A DNA stretch of 64,000 nucleotides from assembly GCA_947177225.1 (NCBI GenBank), contig CAMWTS010000007.1, positions 2,778 through 66,777 on the forward strand. Reading direction: 5' to 3'. This document shows positions 44,838-55,716 of the stretch, one piece after another (the stretch's first letter is position 1; every line of letters starts with the position of its first letter). The notes beneath the pieces were generated by a model that saw nothing but the letters and a program-made list of their open reading frames with translations, made no database searches and had not been told where the DNA came from. Both the position numbers and the translations under genes were made by a program. The stretch comes from an uncultured Alistipes sp. GTDB taxonomy: Bacteria; Bacteroidota; Bacteroidia; Bacteroidales; Rikenellaceae.

Positions 44838-46367
44838 ATGACAGAGAAAATATTGATAATCGATTTCGGGTCGCAGTATACGCAGCTCATCGCTCGCCGC
44901 ATACGCGAGATGCAGGTATATTGCGAGATACACCCGTTCAACAATCTGCCGGAGCTGGACGACTCGGTGCGTGGCGTTGTGCTTTCGGGCAGCCCCTCGT
45001 CGGTGCGCGACGCGGCTGCTCCGCGCATTGCGCTCGACAGTATCAAAGGTCGTCTGCCTCTGTTGGGCGTCTGCTACGGTGCCCAGTATCTGGCTCACTT
45101 CTACGGCGGCCGTGTCGAGCCTTCGCCCAGTCGTGAATATGGCCGTGCGCAGATGAAGGTGCGCGAGACGGGTGACGAACTGATGCAGGGGCTCTCTCTC
45201 GGTTCGCAGGTGTGGATGTCGCATGGCGATACCATAACCGCCATACCCGACCGCTACCGCATCATAGCTTCGACCGACGATGTCAGCGTGGCTGCATATC
45301 GCATCGAGGGCGAACAGACGTGGGGCATACAGTTCCACCCTGAGGTATACCACTCGCAGGAGGGTGCAAAGATTCTGAAAAACTTCGTGGTGGGCATCTG
45401 CGGTTGCAGCTGCTCGTGGACTTCGGAGAGTTTCGTGGAGTCTACGGTCGCGGAGTTGCGCGAGAAGCTGGGCGACGACCGTGTCGTGCTGGGTCTTTCG
45501 GGCGGTGTCGATTCGTCGGTTGCAGCCATGTTGCTGCATAAAGCCATCGGCGAACGGCTCTATTGCATTTTCGTCGATTCGGGACTGCTGCGCAAGAATG
45601 AGTTTGCGGAGGTGTTGGAGTCGTACCGCGGCATGGGGCTGAATGTGCGCGGTGTCGATGCTTCGGCTAAGTTCCTCGGCGATCTGGCAGGTGTAACAGA
45701 CCCCGAACGCAAGCGCAAGATCATAGGCCGCGACTTCGTCGAGGTGTTCAACGAGGAGGCGCAGCGCATAGAGAATGTCAAGTGGCTGGCGCAGGGCACC
45801 ATATACCCCGATGTGGTGGAGTCGGCCAAAGTCAACGGTACGGCTGTGGTAATCAAGTCGCACCACAATGTTGGCGGTTTGCCCGAAAAGATGCACTTGA
45901 AAGTGGTCGAGCCGCTTCGTCTGCTGTTCAAGGACGAGGTGCGCCGCGTAGGTCGCTCGATGGGTATGAGCGAGACTCTCATAGGTCGTCACCCGTTCCC
46001 CGGGCCAGGACTTGCGATACGCATCTTGGGCGAGGTTACACCGGAAAAGGTCGATATACTGCAACGCGTCGACAAAATCTATATCGATACGCTTCGCAGC
46101 GAGGGGCTCTACGACAAGATCTGGCAGGCCGGAGCTATCCTGCTGCCTGTGCAGAGTGTCGGCGTGATGGGCGACGAACGCACCTACGAGAGCTGCGTGG
46201 CTCTGCGCGCCGTCACTTCCACCGACGGCATGACGGCCGACTGGGTGCATATCCCCTATGAGGTGCTTGCACGCCTGTCGAACGAGATCATCAACAAGGT
46301 GCGCGGCGTCAACCGCGTAGTCTACGACATCTCCTCAAAACCGCCCGCAACCATCGAGTGGGAGTAA
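44838..46367 (+). CDS. guaA: GMP synthase (glutamine-hydrolysing)
   Basis: [52 protein letters not shown]. Confidence 0.97.
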   Translation: MTEKILIIDFGSQYTQLIARRIREMQVYCEIHPFNNLPELDDSVRGVVLSGSPSSVRDAAAPRIALDSIKGRLPLLGVCYGAQYLAHFYGGRVEPSPSREYGRAQMKVRETGDELMQGLSLGSQVWMSHGDTITAIPDRYRIIASTDDVSVAAYRIEGEQTWGIQFHPEVYHSQEGAKILKNFVVGICGCSCSWTSESFVESTVAELREKLGDDRVVLGLSGGVDSSVAAMLLHKAIGERLYCIFVDSGLLRKNEFAEVLESYRGMGLNVRGVDASAKFLGDLAGVTDPERKRKIIGRDFVEVFNEEAQRIENVKWLAQGTIYPDVVESAKVNGTAVVIKSHHNVGGLPEKMHLKVVEPLRLLFKDEVRRVGRSMGMSETLIGRHPFPGPGLAIRILGEVTPEKVDILQRVDKIYIDTLRSEGLYDKIWQAGAILLPVQSVGVMGDERTYESCVALRAVTSTDGMTADWVHIPYEVLARLSNEIINKVRGVNRVVYDISSKPPATIEWE

Positions 46368-46437
46368 CTGAAACGCCGGCTGTCCGCAAACAGGACAGCC
46401 GGCTGTGTTTTCGGCAGTTCAGATGTCTTAGGTTCGA

Positions 46438-46572
46438 TTACTCGTAGTATTCGATAGTTTGCTCCGTTAAAAGTGCGATGCCATAATTATATGTTTGCGT
46501 GATCCTGACGGGATTTTCATAAGAGTCGTATTCATATGTGTATTCCGTCAGATTGCCGTGATATGCCCGCTC
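46438..46572 (-). pseudogene. Probable orphan C-terminal gene remnant (YD/DUF4595-like YTYEYD tail)
   Basis: ...GNLTEYTYEYDSYENPVRITQTYNY...EYYE* reads like a real C-terminus. Upstream it runs into REP-like repeats with no credible start. Confidence 0.45.
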
Positions 46573-46766
46573 TGTCATTCTGAGGAGTGCGGCACGCACG
46601 ATGTGAGAATCTCGGTTTTGGGCGATGTATACATTCTGTTCGGCAACCGCATTCCCGGCCGTGAGACTCCCACGTCGCAACAGTGTTGCTCCTCGGAGTG
46701 ACAGACGTGCGACCTTGTCTTCCACAATCGGATTCTTCGCTGCGTTACACTGCGTTCAGAATGACA
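46573..46766. repeat. Cluster of three REP-like palindromic units bounded by TGTCATTCTGA inverted ends
   Basis: Unit 1 at 46573-46613 and unit 2 at 46663-46703 are inverted 41-bp copies; unit 3 is at 46730-46766. Confidence 0.75.
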
Positions 46767-46922
46767 TATTGTGCCGCGCCATTCGAGCATAAGCGAGAAA
46801 TCCGTGTGCGATTATCTCCATCGTCATATCGCTATGGTTGAGGTATGTATATTAAAAAAAAGAGTGCGCCGCGAATATCGGCACACTCTCTTGTTGTCCT
46901 GAGTCGGAACGATCCGCCCCAA

Positions 46923-47864
46923 TTATTTGTTCTGCGACAGATCGGCGATGGCCTTCTGTGCAATGGCCACCTTGTCGCCGGCAGTTACCTTTTTCATCAC
47001 CTCGATGGTCTTCTCGGGATTGTTCTTGCTGTTGTAGGCCATACCCAGCAGATAGTAAACATCGCTCTTGTCCTCCTCGGTGGGCTGAACGGCGGCAGCC
47101 TCCTCGGCCAGCTCGATCACCTTGTTGTAGTCCTTCTTGCCGAGGTATGCCTGCAAAGCGATCTTCTTGCCCAGAGCCTCGTTGTCGAGCTGCTCGGCCA
47201 TGGCGATGATGCCGTCGTAGTCGTTTGCCATCTGCAACTTGGCAACCTCGTTGTTGGTGTAGAGGCTCATCTTTGCGCGAGCCTCGGCGATAGCCTCGCC
47301 GTATTTGGTCTCGGGCAGTTTCTCGATATCGGCGCAGATGGCCATACCCTCCTGGTAACGGTCGCTCTTGAAGTAGCTCTCGGCAAGGTTCAGTGCCATG
47401 TCCGTATTGCGGGGGTTAGCCTCGTATCCCTTCGAGAATACCTCGATGGCCGTAGCGTAGTCGCCCGAATTGAATGCGTCGGCACCCTGGGCCTGATATA
47501 CGTTGGCAATGGTCTGCTTGGCCTTGGCGGCGGCACGGGCGTTGTCGTAGAGCTCGGCCATGTCGGCAGCCTGCTGCAAGTTGGTCAGAGCCTCCTCATA
47601 GTTGCCGGCAGCGGCGGCAGCCGTACCCATGTTCTGATAGCATACGGGGATAAAGGTCTTCGACTTGGCCACGATACCCTGCACCGTAGCGTCTTCCGAA
47701 TCGATACCCTCGTCTACAACCTTGTTGAACAGATCCAGGGCTTCGGTGTAATTCTTGGCTTTTGCGGCAGTCACCGCTTCATTGAACGTGGTCACTATCT
47801 CAGACTGTGCGAAGAGCGACACCGAAAACAGAAGCGCAGCCGCGCTTAAAAATAATCTTTTCAT
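46923..47864 (-). CDS. Exported tetratricopeptide repeat protein
   Basis: Signal peptide MKRLFLSAAALLFSVSLFA; helical repeats (GNYEEALTNLQQA, GDYATAIEVFSKG). Confidence 0.85.
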   Translation of the reverse strand: MKRLFLSAAALLFSVSLFAQSEIVTTFNEAVTAAKAKNYTEALDLFNKVVDEGIDSEDATVQGIVAKSKTFIPVCYQNMGTAAAAAGNYEEALTNLQQAADMAELYDNARAAAKAKQTIANVYQAQGADAFNSGDYATAIEVFSKGYEANPRNTDMALNLAESYFKSDRYQEGMAICADIEKLPETKYGEAIAEARAKMSLYTNNEVAKLQMANDYDGIIAMAEQLDNEALGKKIALQAYLGKKDYNKVIELAEEAAAVQPTEEDKSDVYYLLGMAYNSKNNPEKTIEVMKKVTAGDKVAIAQKAIADLSQNK

Positions 47865-47950
47865 AATCGTATGTTTCAATTTTTAGGATTTACGATATAA
47901 ATCTATATAAGTGCAAATTTAAACTTTTTTTTTCATATTTCAAAACACCG

Positions 47951-48394
47951 TCACCTCAGTGCGGTGAAAAAACTGTTCATCAGCGACTCGCACTCCTCGG
48001 CCAGAATCCCCGTCGAGAGTTGCGTGCGCGGGTGCAGCACCCTCTCCGAGTAGGTCGAATAGCCGCGTTTGGCATCGGCCGCGCCGTAGACCACACGTCC
48101 GATCTGGCTCCAAGCCAATGCTCCGGCACACATTATGCACGGCTCTACGGTCACATAAATCGTGCAATCTTTCAGATACTTGCCTCCGAGCGTCGACATG
48201 GCTGCCGTCAGTGCCTGCATCTCGGCGTGGGCGGTTGCGTCGCAGAGAGTCTCGACCATGTTGTGCCCGCGTCCCACGATTCGCTCGCCGGCCACTATCA
48301 CCGCACCTATGGGTACCTCCTGCATGTCGAACGCTTTTTGCGCCTCGTTTAGTGCCATGCGCATGAATTTTTCGTCGCGCTGTCTCTGATCCAT
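47951..48394 (-). CDS. tadA: tRNA adenosine deaminase / nucleoside deaminase
   Basis: EVPIGAVIV, HAEM, TVEPCIMCAGA zinc motifs. Confidence 0.9.
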   Translation of the reverse strand: MDQRQRDEKFMRMALNEAQKAFDMQEVPIGAVIVAGERIVGRGHNMVETLCDATAHAEMQALTAAMSTLGGKYLKDCTIYVTVEPCIMCAGALAWSQIGRVVYGAADAKRGYSTYSERVLHPRTQLSTGILAEECESLMNSFFTALR

Positions 48395-48493
48395 AAAAAT
48401 ATCGATTGAAAATAACGGCTATCTTGTAAAAAATAGCTAACTTTGTCAGTTGCAAAGATAGAAAAAATAGAGTAAAACCTAAATAATATTCTT

Positions 48494-50251
48494 ATGTACA
48501 GGACTCACACTTGCGGAGAGCTTCGTCTCTGCAATGTCAATCAGACGGTTACCCTCGCCGGTTGGGTGCAGAAGGTGCGCAATCTGGGTGCCATGACCTT
48601 TTTCGATCTGCGCGACCGTTACGGTCTGGTGCAGGTCGCCGTCGAGGAGCACTCGTCGGCTGACGTGCGCGAGGCTGCCGCCTTGCTCGGCCGCGAATAT
48701 GTCGTGCAGGTGACGGGTCGCGTCATCGAGCGTGCCTCGAAGAATCCCAAGATGCCCACGGGCGAGATAGAGATCGCTGCCGAGCAGATTACGGTGCTCA
48801 ATCGTGCTCAGACTCCGCCGTTCACCATCGAGGAGAACTCCGACGGAGGCGACGATCTTCGCATGAAGTATCGTTACCTCGATCTTCGCCGTCCGCCGTT
48901 GCAGCGTGCCATGATACTGCGCCATCGCATGGCTCAGGCCGTCCGCACGTTCCTCGACAGGGAGGGATTCCTCGAAATAGAGACTCCCTATCTGATAAAG
49001 TCGACCCCGGAGGGTGCGCGCGACTTTGTGGTGCCGAGCCGCATGAATCCCAATCAGTTCTATGCGTTGCCGCAGTCGCCGCAGACATTGAAGCAGTTGC
49101 TGATGGTGGCCGGTTACGATCGCTATTTCCAGATCGTGCGCTGTTTCCGCGACGAGGATCTGCGTGCCGACCGTCAGCCCGAATTCACGCAGATCGACTG
49201 CGAGATGTCGTTCGTCGAGCAGGAGGACGTATTGGAGATCTTCGAGCGTTGGGCGAAACACATGTTCCGCGAGGTGCTCGGCATAGAGTTCTCTGAGCCG
49301 TTCCGCCGCATGCCGTGGATCGAGGCCATGGAGAAATACGGATCGGACAAGCCCGATGTGCGTTTCGGCATGGAGTTCGCCGACCTGACCGACCTGGCTC
49401 ACGGGCACGATTTCGTCGTATTCGACTCGGCCGACTACGTAGTGGGCTTCGCTGCTGAGGGTTGCGCCGGATATACGCGCAAGCAGATCGACGAACTCAC
49501 CGAGTTTGTCAAGCGTCCTCAGGTGGGAGCCAAGGGTCTTGTATGGATCAAGTTGGAGGCCGGCGGCAATATCAAGTCGTCGATCGACAAGTTCTTCTCG
49601 GCCGACGATCTTCGCAAGATGGCCGAGCGTACGGGTGCCAAGGAGGGCGATATGATACTGGTGCTGTGCGGCGAGAAGTTCAAGACTCTCTCGCAGCTCT
49701 GTACTTTGCGTTTGGAAGTGGCGCAGCGTCTGGGTCTGCGCGATCCCAAGAAGTTCGCTCCGCTGTGGGTGGTCGACTTCCCGATGTTCGAGTGGGACGA
49801 AGAGACGCAGCGTTTCTACGCTATGCACCACCCGTTCACCTCGCCGAAGCCCGAAGATGCCCGCTTCTTCGATACGGGCGAGCTGGGCAAGATGCGCGCC
49901 AATGCCTACGACTTCGTCTGCAACGGTACGGAGATCGGCGGCGGTTCTATACGTATCCACTCGTCGGAGTTGCAGGGCAAGGTGTTCTCGGCTTTGGGCT
50001 TTACGCCCGAGCAGGCCGAGGAGCAGTTCGGCTTCCTGATGAACGCATTTAAGTTCGGTGCGCCTCCCCATGGAGGTCTGGCTTTCGGTTTCGACCGTCT
50101 GTGCTCGCTGTTCGGCGGTTCGGACTCTATCCGCGACTATATCGCATTCCCGAAGAACAATGCCGGCCGCGATGTGATGCTCGATGCACCGTCGGCCATC
50201 GACACAGCTCAGCTCGACGAGCTTTACCTATCGCTCAAAGAGGTGGAATAG
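48494..50251 (+). CDS. aspS: Aspartate--tRNA ligase
   Basis: [50 protein letters not shown]. Confidence 0.98.
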   Translation: MYRTHTCGELRLCNVNQTVTLAGWVQKVRNLGAMTFFDLRDRYGLVQVAVEEHSSADVREAAALLGREYVVQVTGRVIERASKNPKMPTGEIEIAAEQITVLNRAQTPPFTIEENSDGGDDLRMKYRYLDLRRPPLQRAMILRHRMAQAVRTFLDREGFLEIETPYLIKSTPEGARDFVVPSRMNPNQFYALPQSPQTLKQLLMVAGYDRYFQIVRCFRDEDLRADRQPEFTQIDCEMSFVEQEDVLEIFERWAKHMFREVLGIEFSEPFRRMPWIEAMEKYGSDKPDVRFGMEFADLTDLAHGHDFVVFDSADYVVGFAAEGCAGYTRKQIDELTEFVKRPQVGAKGLVWIKLEAGGNIKSSIDKFFSADDLRKMAERTGAKEGDMILVLCGEKFKTLSQLCTLRLEVAQRLGLRDPKKFAPLWVVDFPMFEWDEETQRFYAMHHPFTSPKPEDARFFDTGELGKMRANAYDFVCNGTEIGGGSIRIHSSELQGKVFSALGFTPEQAEEQFGFLMNAFKFGAPPHGGLAFGFDRLCSLFGGSDSIRDYIAFPKNNAGRDVMLDAPSAIDTAQLDELYLSLKEVE

Positions 50252-50538
50252 ATCTGTATATTCATATGATAACTACGGGGTCGCATATCTTGTGCGACCC
50301 CGTATCGTTTTTGTCGTCATGGGTGTATATTCATTTTGTGGATAGATATGAAAAAATCTCGGAAAAATTAACGTCATGACTTCGAACAACTTTGGAAAGA
50401 GAAAAAAATAGATTATATTTGTGAGAATTTATACTCGTTTGCAGCTGTTTGACTGACGAATCGTCACAAAATGCGGGCGGGTAAGAGTGTGCGGATTGAA
50501 AAAACGATAATTACAAAATATTAAAAACCGAATAGACT

Positions 50539-51153
50539 ATGGAAAACAACAAACTGCAAGAGCTTACTCAAAAGCTCTACAACGACGGCTTGGAGAAGGG
50601 TCGTGCCGAGGCCGATGCGCTCGTTTCGGAGGCTCGTCAGCAGGCCGCAAAGATCGTTTCGGAGGCTAAGGCCGAGGCCGAGGCACTGGTCAAGGCCGCT
50701 GAGGCACGTTCGAAGGACATCGAGAAGAACACCATGACGGAGATCACTCTGGCGGGTCGTCAGGCCGTAGCCAAGATCAAGACCGAGCTTGCCGAGGCCG
50801 TCATCATGAAGTCGACGGGCAAGGCTGTTGAGGGTGCTGTGCTCGATGCCGCATTCATCAAGGACATGCTGCTTGCAGTAGCCAAGAACTGGTCGTCGTC
50901 ATCGTCGGACATCTCGCTTGCTGCGCTCCTTCCGGAGGCTCAGCGTGCCGGTCTCGACGCTGCCATGCAGGCCAGTGCCAAGGAGCTGCTCGACGCAGGT
51001 GTCGAGGTCGGCTACTCGGCCGAGGTCAAGAACGGCTTCAAGGTGGGTGCCAAGCAGGGCGGCTACTATATCTCGTTTACCGACGAGAGTTTCGATGCTC
51101 TGTTGAAGGAGTATCTGCGCGACAAGGTTGCCAACATGCTGTTCAACGAGTAG
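50539..51153 (+). CDS. ntpE: V-type ATP synthase subunit E
   Basis: KLQELTQKLYNDGLEKG coiled coil; first gene of the V-ATPase operon. Confidence 0.85.
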   Translation: MENNKLQELTQKLYNDGLEKGRAEADALVSEARQQAAKIVSEAKAEAEALVKAAEARSKDIEKNTMTEITLAGRQAVAKIKTELAEAVIMKSTGKAVEGAVLDAAFIKDMLLAVAKNWSSSSSDISLAALLPEAQRAGLDAAMQASAKELLDAGVEVGYSAEVKNGFKVGAKQGGYYISFTDESFDALLKEYLRDKVANMLFNE

Positions 51154-51156
51154 GCT

Positions 51157-51993
51157 ATGTTCTCCAAGAATTATTATTGTCTGGTAGCCGGGTTGCGCGA
51201 ATGGACCCTCGACGCCGATACCAAAGGTTTCGACGCCAAGGCCATCGTCGGGGAGATACTCGAAGATCTGTCGGCCGGCGATGCCGAGGCCGTGCGCCTT
51301 CTGCATACCGGTTACGACTGTCAGAATATCATCGCCCGTCGTGAGGGACGCACCTATCACAATCCGCTGGGCAACCTTTCGCCCGACCAGGTGGAAGAGG
51401 TTCTCGGCGGCCGATACGATGCGCTGCCCCGATCGCTGGCTGCCGTTATGGCGGCTTATGCCGATCCGGAGGGCGAGCACGCCGAGTCGATAGATGTCGA
51501 ATCGCGTTTCGAGAAGAGTCTCTTCGAAGCATATTATGCCGAGCTTGCCGCATCGAAGTGCCGTTTCCTCAGGGAGTGGGGCGCATTCGACCGCAATCTG
51601 CGCAACATCGCCGCTGCGGTGGCAGCACGTGTCGCGTCGCGTCCTATCGACGAAGTCGTGGTCGGTTCGGGCGATGTGGTGGAGCAACTCGTACGTTCGT
51701 CGGCAGCCGACTTCGGCCTGCGCGGCGAGCTGCCTTATATCGATTCCGTCATTACGGCCATAGCCGACGAGAGCGATCTGGTGGAGAAAGAGCACAAGAT
51801 CGATCTCATACGCTGGAATCAGGCAGATGAACTTAGTGTGTTCGACTATTTCAACATCAACACCATACTCTCTTATATCGTCAAGGTGGACATCGTGGCG
51901 CGTTGGAGCGTGCTCAGCCCCGAAAAAGGCCGCCAGATGCTCGATCGCCTGATGAGCGAGCTGGACGCAAAGGAACTTGTGAATAAACAATAA
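51157..51993 (+). CDS. DUF2764 family protein (probable V-ATPase subunit C equivalent)
   Basis: YYCLVAGL N-terminus, FLREWGAFDRNLRNI; sits between subunits E and A. Confidence 0.8.
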   Translation: MFSKNYYCLVAGLREWTLDADTKGFDAKAIVGEILEDLSAGDAEAVRLLHTGYDCQNIIARREGRTYHNPLGNLSPDQVEEVLGGRYDALPRSLAAVMAAYADPEGEHAESIDVESRFEKSLFEAYYAELAASKCRFLREWGAFDRNLRNIAAAVAARVASRPIDEVVVGSGDVVEQLVRSSAADFGLRGELPYIDSVITAIADESDLVEKEHKIDLIRWNQADELSVFDYFNINTILSYIVKVDIVARWSVLSPEKGRQMLDRLMSELDAKELVNKQ

Positions 51994-52008
51994 AACTACG
52001 ATAAACTG

Positions 52009-53766
52009 ATGAAAACAACAGGACGTGTTAACGGCATTATCTCAAACATCGTGATCGTCAAGGCCGACGGTGCGGTGGGTCAGAACGAGATATGCCATGT
52101 ATATTGCGGCACGACCCGCATGATGGCCGAGGTCATCAAGGTTATAGGCGATGAGGCCTATGTGCAGGTGTTCGACAGTACGCGTGCGTTGAAGATCGGC
52201 GATCGGGTGGAGTTCGAGGGTCATATGCTCGAAGCCACGCTCGCACCGGGTCTTCTGTCGCGCAACTACGACGGTCTGCAAAACGATTTGGAGAAGATGG
52301 ACGGTCTGTTCATCGCTCGCGGATCGATCACCGATCCCATCGACTTCGAGAAGAAATGGGAGTTCAAGCCCCTTGCCAATGTCGGCGACAAGGTGACTGC
52401 CGGCGCATGGCTGGGCGAGGTGCAGGAGCAGTGGGTGCCCCACAAGATCATGGTGCCCTTCATCATGCAGGGCAACTATACGGTAAAGTCGCTTGCTGCC
52501 GCAGGCGAATACAAAGTGACCGATACGATCGCCACGCTGGCCGATTCGGACGGTAACGAGTATCCGGTGACAATGGTGCAGAAGTGGCCGGTGAAGCAGG
52601 CTGTCCGCTGCTTTGCGGAGAAGCCGCGTCCGTCGCGCGTGATGGAGACCGGTGTACGTGCCATCGATACGTTCAATCCCCTGGCCGAGGGCGGTACGGG
52701 ATTTATCCCCGGTCCGTTCGGTGCGGGCAAGACTGTGTTGCAGCACGCCATATCGAAGCAGGCCGATGCCGATATCATCATCATGATCGCATGCGGCGAG
52801 CGTGCCAACGAGGTGGTGGAGATCTTCGCCGAGTTCCCCGAACTGGTCGACCCCCACACCGGTCACAAACTCATGGAGCGTACGATCATCATCTGCAACA
52901 CTTCGAACATGCCCGTCGCCGCGCGTGAGGCTTCGGTATATACGGGTATGACCATCGGCGAATACTATCGTTCGATGGGCTTGAAGGTGCTGGTTATGGC
53001 CGACTCGACGTCGCGTTGGGCACAGGCTCTGCGCGAGATGTCGAACCGTTTGGAGGAGTTGCCCGGACAGGACGCCTTCCCGATGGACCTCTCGGCTATC
53101 ATCTCGAATTTCTACGCCCGTGCCGGTCTGGTGAAGCTCAATAACGGCCATACGGGTTCGGTGACGTTCCTCGGTACGGTGTCGCCCGCCGGCGGTAACC
53201 TCAAAGAGCCGGTTACGGAGTCGACCAAGAAGGCTGCGCGCTGCTTCTATGCTCTGTCGCAGGGACGCGCCGACTCGAAACGCTATCCGGCGATCGACCC
53301 GTTGGAGTCGTATTCGAAGTATCTGGAATATCCCGAGGTGCGCGAGTATCTCGACGAGCATATCGAGAAGAACTGGGTCGATGCCGTCTACGAGGGCAAG
53401 ACCATCGTTCAGCGCGGTAAGGAGGCCAACGACCAGATCAACATTCTGGGTGACGACGGCGTGCCTACGGAGTATCACGAGCGTTTCTGGAAGAGCGAGC
53501 TGATCGACTTCGTCATATTGCAGCAGGACGCATTCGATGCCATCGATGCCAACTGTCCCACCGAGCGTCAGAAGATGATGTACAAGATGGTGCTCGACAT
53601 ATGTCGCAAGAATTTCGATTTCGCCGACTTCGAGGAGTGCTCTCAGTATTTCAAGTCGCTGATAAACCTGTTCCGTCAGATGAACTATTCGGAGTGGCAG
53701 AGCGAGAAGTTCGAGGATTACCGTCGCCAGATCGAGAAGTTCGTAAACGAAAAATCGGCTAAATAA
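52009..53766 (+). CDS. ntpA: V-type ATP synthase subunit A
   Basis: GPFGAGKT Walker A, CGERANE, ADSTSRWAQALRE. Confidence 0.96.
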   Translation: MKTTGRVNGIISNIVIVKADGAVGQNEICHVYCGTTRMMAEVIKVIGDEAYVQVFDSTRALKIGDRVEFEGHMLEATLAPGLLSRNYDGLQNDLEKMDGLFIARGSITDPIDFEKKWEFKPLANVGDKVTAGAWLGEVQEQWVPHKIMVPFIMQGNYTVKSLAAAGEYKVTDTIATLADSDGNEYPVTMVQKWPVKQAVRCFAEKPRPSRVMETGVRAIDTFNPLAEGGTGFIPGPFGAGKTVLQHAISKQADADIIIMIACGERANEVVEIFAEFPELVDPHTGHKLMERTIIICNTSNMPVAAREASVYTGMTIGEYYRSMGLKVLVMADSTSRWAQALREMSNRLEELPGQDAFPMDLSAIISNFYARAGLVKLNNGHTGSVTFLGTVSPAGGNLKEPVTESTKKAARCFYALSQGRADSKRYPAIDPLESYSKYLEYPEVREYLDEHIEKNWVDAVYEGKTIVQRGKEANDQINILGDDGVPTEYHERFWKSELIDFVILQQDAFDAIDANCPTERQKMMYKMVLDICRKNFDFADFEECSQYFKSLINLFRQMNYSEWQSEKFEDYRRQIEKFVNEKSAK

Positions 53767-53775
53767 GCAAGCAGT

Positions 53776-55095
53776 ATGACAACACGTGCATTTCAGAAAG
53801 TATATACAAAGATAGACAACATTACCAAAGCCACCATCACGCTGCGTGCCACGGGGGTGGGTAATGACGAGCTGGCCACCGTCGGAGGTCGCCTGGCTCA
53901 GGTAGTAAAGATCATGGGCGAGAACGTCACCTTGCAGGTATTCTCCGGCACCGAGGGTCTGTCGACCGACTCGGAGGTGGTATTCCACGGCGAACCGCCC
54001 AAGTTGCGCGTATCGGACGCCCTTGCCGGACGCTTCTTCAACGCCTATGGCGAACCGCTCGAAGGCGGTGAGCAGATCGAGGGCGAGGCGCGCGAGATCG
54101 GCGGCCCGACGGTGAATCCGTTCCGCCGTATTCAGCCGTCGGAGCTTATCGCTACGGGTATCGCCGGTATCGACCTCAACAATACGATCGTGTCGGGTCA
54201 GAAGATTCCGTTCTTCGCCGATCCCGATCAGCCCTACAACGCCGTTATGGCCAACGTGGCACTGCGTGCCAAGGCCGACAAGATCATATTGGGCGGTATG
54301 GGTCTGACCAACGACGACTTCCTCTACTTCAAACACGTATTCGAGAACGCCGGTGCGCTGGACCGTATCGTATCGTTCGTCAACACGACCGACAATCCTC
54401 CCGTCGAGCGTCTGCTGGTGCCCGATATGGCACTGACTGCGGCCGAGTACTTCGCTGTCGACAAGGGCGAGAAGGTGCTGGTGCTGCTGACCGACATGAC
54501 GCTCTATGCCGATGCCCTGGCCATCGTCTCTAACCGTATGGATCAGATTCCCTCGAAGGACTCGATGCCCGGCTCGCTCTACTCGGATCTTGCCAAGATC
54601 TACGAGAAGGCCGTGCAGCTGCCCAACGGCGGTTCGATAACGATCATTGCCGTGACGACGCTTTCGGGCGGCGACATCACCCACGCCATTCCCGATAACA
54701 CGGGTTACATCACCGAGGGTCAGCTGTTCCTGCGCAACGACTCCGATACGGGTAAGGTTATCGTCGACCCGTTCCGTTCGCTGTCGCGTTTGAAGCAGCT
54801 CGTTATCGGCAAGAAGACTCGCGAGGATCACCCGCAGGTGATGAATGCCTGTGTGCGTCTCTACGCCGACGCTGCCAATGCCAAGACCAAGTTGGAGAAC
54901 GGTTTCGATCTGTCGGACTACGACGAGCGTGCCTTGAAGTTCGCGCGCGACTACTCGGAGAGACTGCTGGCCATCGATGTCAATATCGATATCGACGAGA
55001 TGCTCGACACGGCATGGCGACTCTTCGCCGAGTACTTCTCCAAGGAGGAGGTTGCCATCAAGCAGGCTCTTATCGACAAATACTGGAAAGCATAA
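53776..55095 (+). CDS. ntpB: V-type ATP synthase subunit B
   Basis: SGQKIPFF, LTDMTLYADAL, HAIPDNTGYITEGQ, SLSRLK. Confidence 0.95.
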   Translation: MTTRAFQKVYTKIDNITKATITLRATGVGNDELATVGGRLAQVVKIMGENVTLQVFSGTEGLSTDSEVVFHGEPPKLRVSDALAGRFFNAYGEPLEGGEQIEGEAREIGGPTVNPFRRIQPSELIATGIAGIDLNNTIVSGQKIPFFADPDQPYNAVMANVALRAKADKIILGGMGLTNDDFLYFKHVFENAGALDRIVSFVNTTDNPPVERLLVPDMALTAAEYFAVDKGEKVLVLLTDMTLYADALAIVSNRMDQIPSKDSMPGSLYSDLAKIYEKAVQLPNGGSITIIAVTTLSGGDITHAIPDNTGYITEGQLFLRNDSDTGKVIVDPFRSLSRLKQLVIGKKTREDHPQVMNACVRLYADAANAKTKLENGFDLSDYDERALKFARDYSERLLAIDVNIDIDEMLDTAWRLFAEYFSKEEVAIKQALIDKYWKA

Positions 55096-55104
55096 CGCAA
55101 CGAT

Positions 55105-55716
55105 ATGGCAATCAAATTTCAATATAACAAGACTTCGCTCGGCGAATTGGGCAAGCAGCTCAAAATGCGCCAGAAGGCACTCCCTACCATCAAGAGCAAG
55201 GAGAGTGCCCTGCGCACCGAGGTCAAACGGGCGAAGGACTCGGCTCAGGCTCTGCGCCGTGAGTTGGATTCGGTTTTGGCCGAATACGACTACATGGTCA
55301 GACTGTGGGGAGAGTTTGATTGTACACTTATCCGCATCGAGGACGTCGAACTGACGACCCAGAAGATTGCGGGCGTGCGGACGCCTGTCCTCAAAGATAT
55401 AGTCTACGATGAAAAACCCTACGATCTGTTTTCGTCGCCGGTGTGGTATGCCGACGGCGTGGCCATACTCAAACGTCTGTCGCGTCTGGGTATCGAGTTC
55501 GAGGTTTACAATCGCAAGACCGAACTGCTGGACTTCGCCCGCCGCAAAACCACTCAGAAGGTGAACCTCTACGAAAAGGTGCAGATACCCGGTTACGAGG
55601 ACGCCATACGTAAGATCAAGCGATTTATGGAGGACGAGGAGAACCTCTCTAAATCGGCTCAGAAGATTGTCAAAACACGTCAACAGCAGCAGGCCGTGGA
55701 GGGGTCGGACAAATGA
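55105..55716 (+). CDS. ntpD: V-type ATP synthase subunit D
   Basis: LPTIKSKESALR...KTTQKVNLYEKVQIP. Confidence 0.92.
   Translation: MAIKFQYNKTSLGELGKQLKMRQKALPTIKSKESALRTEVKRAKDSAQALRRELDSVLAEYDYMVRLWGEFDCTLIRIEDVELTTQKIAGVRTPVLKDIVYDEKPYDLFSSPVWYADGVAILKRLSRLGIEFEVYNRKTELLDFARRKTTQKVNLYEKVQIPGYEDAIRKIKRFMEDEENLSKSAQKIVKTRQQQQAVEGSDK

Noticed and set aside
43365-50071. Long antisense ORFs over guaB, guaA, the TPR gene and aspS
   Set aside because: Shadows of conserved genes; no independent start signals or domains.
52042-55683. 1213-aa minus-strand ORF
   Set aside because: Antisense shadow of ntpA/B/D caused by codon bias; no recognisable motifs.
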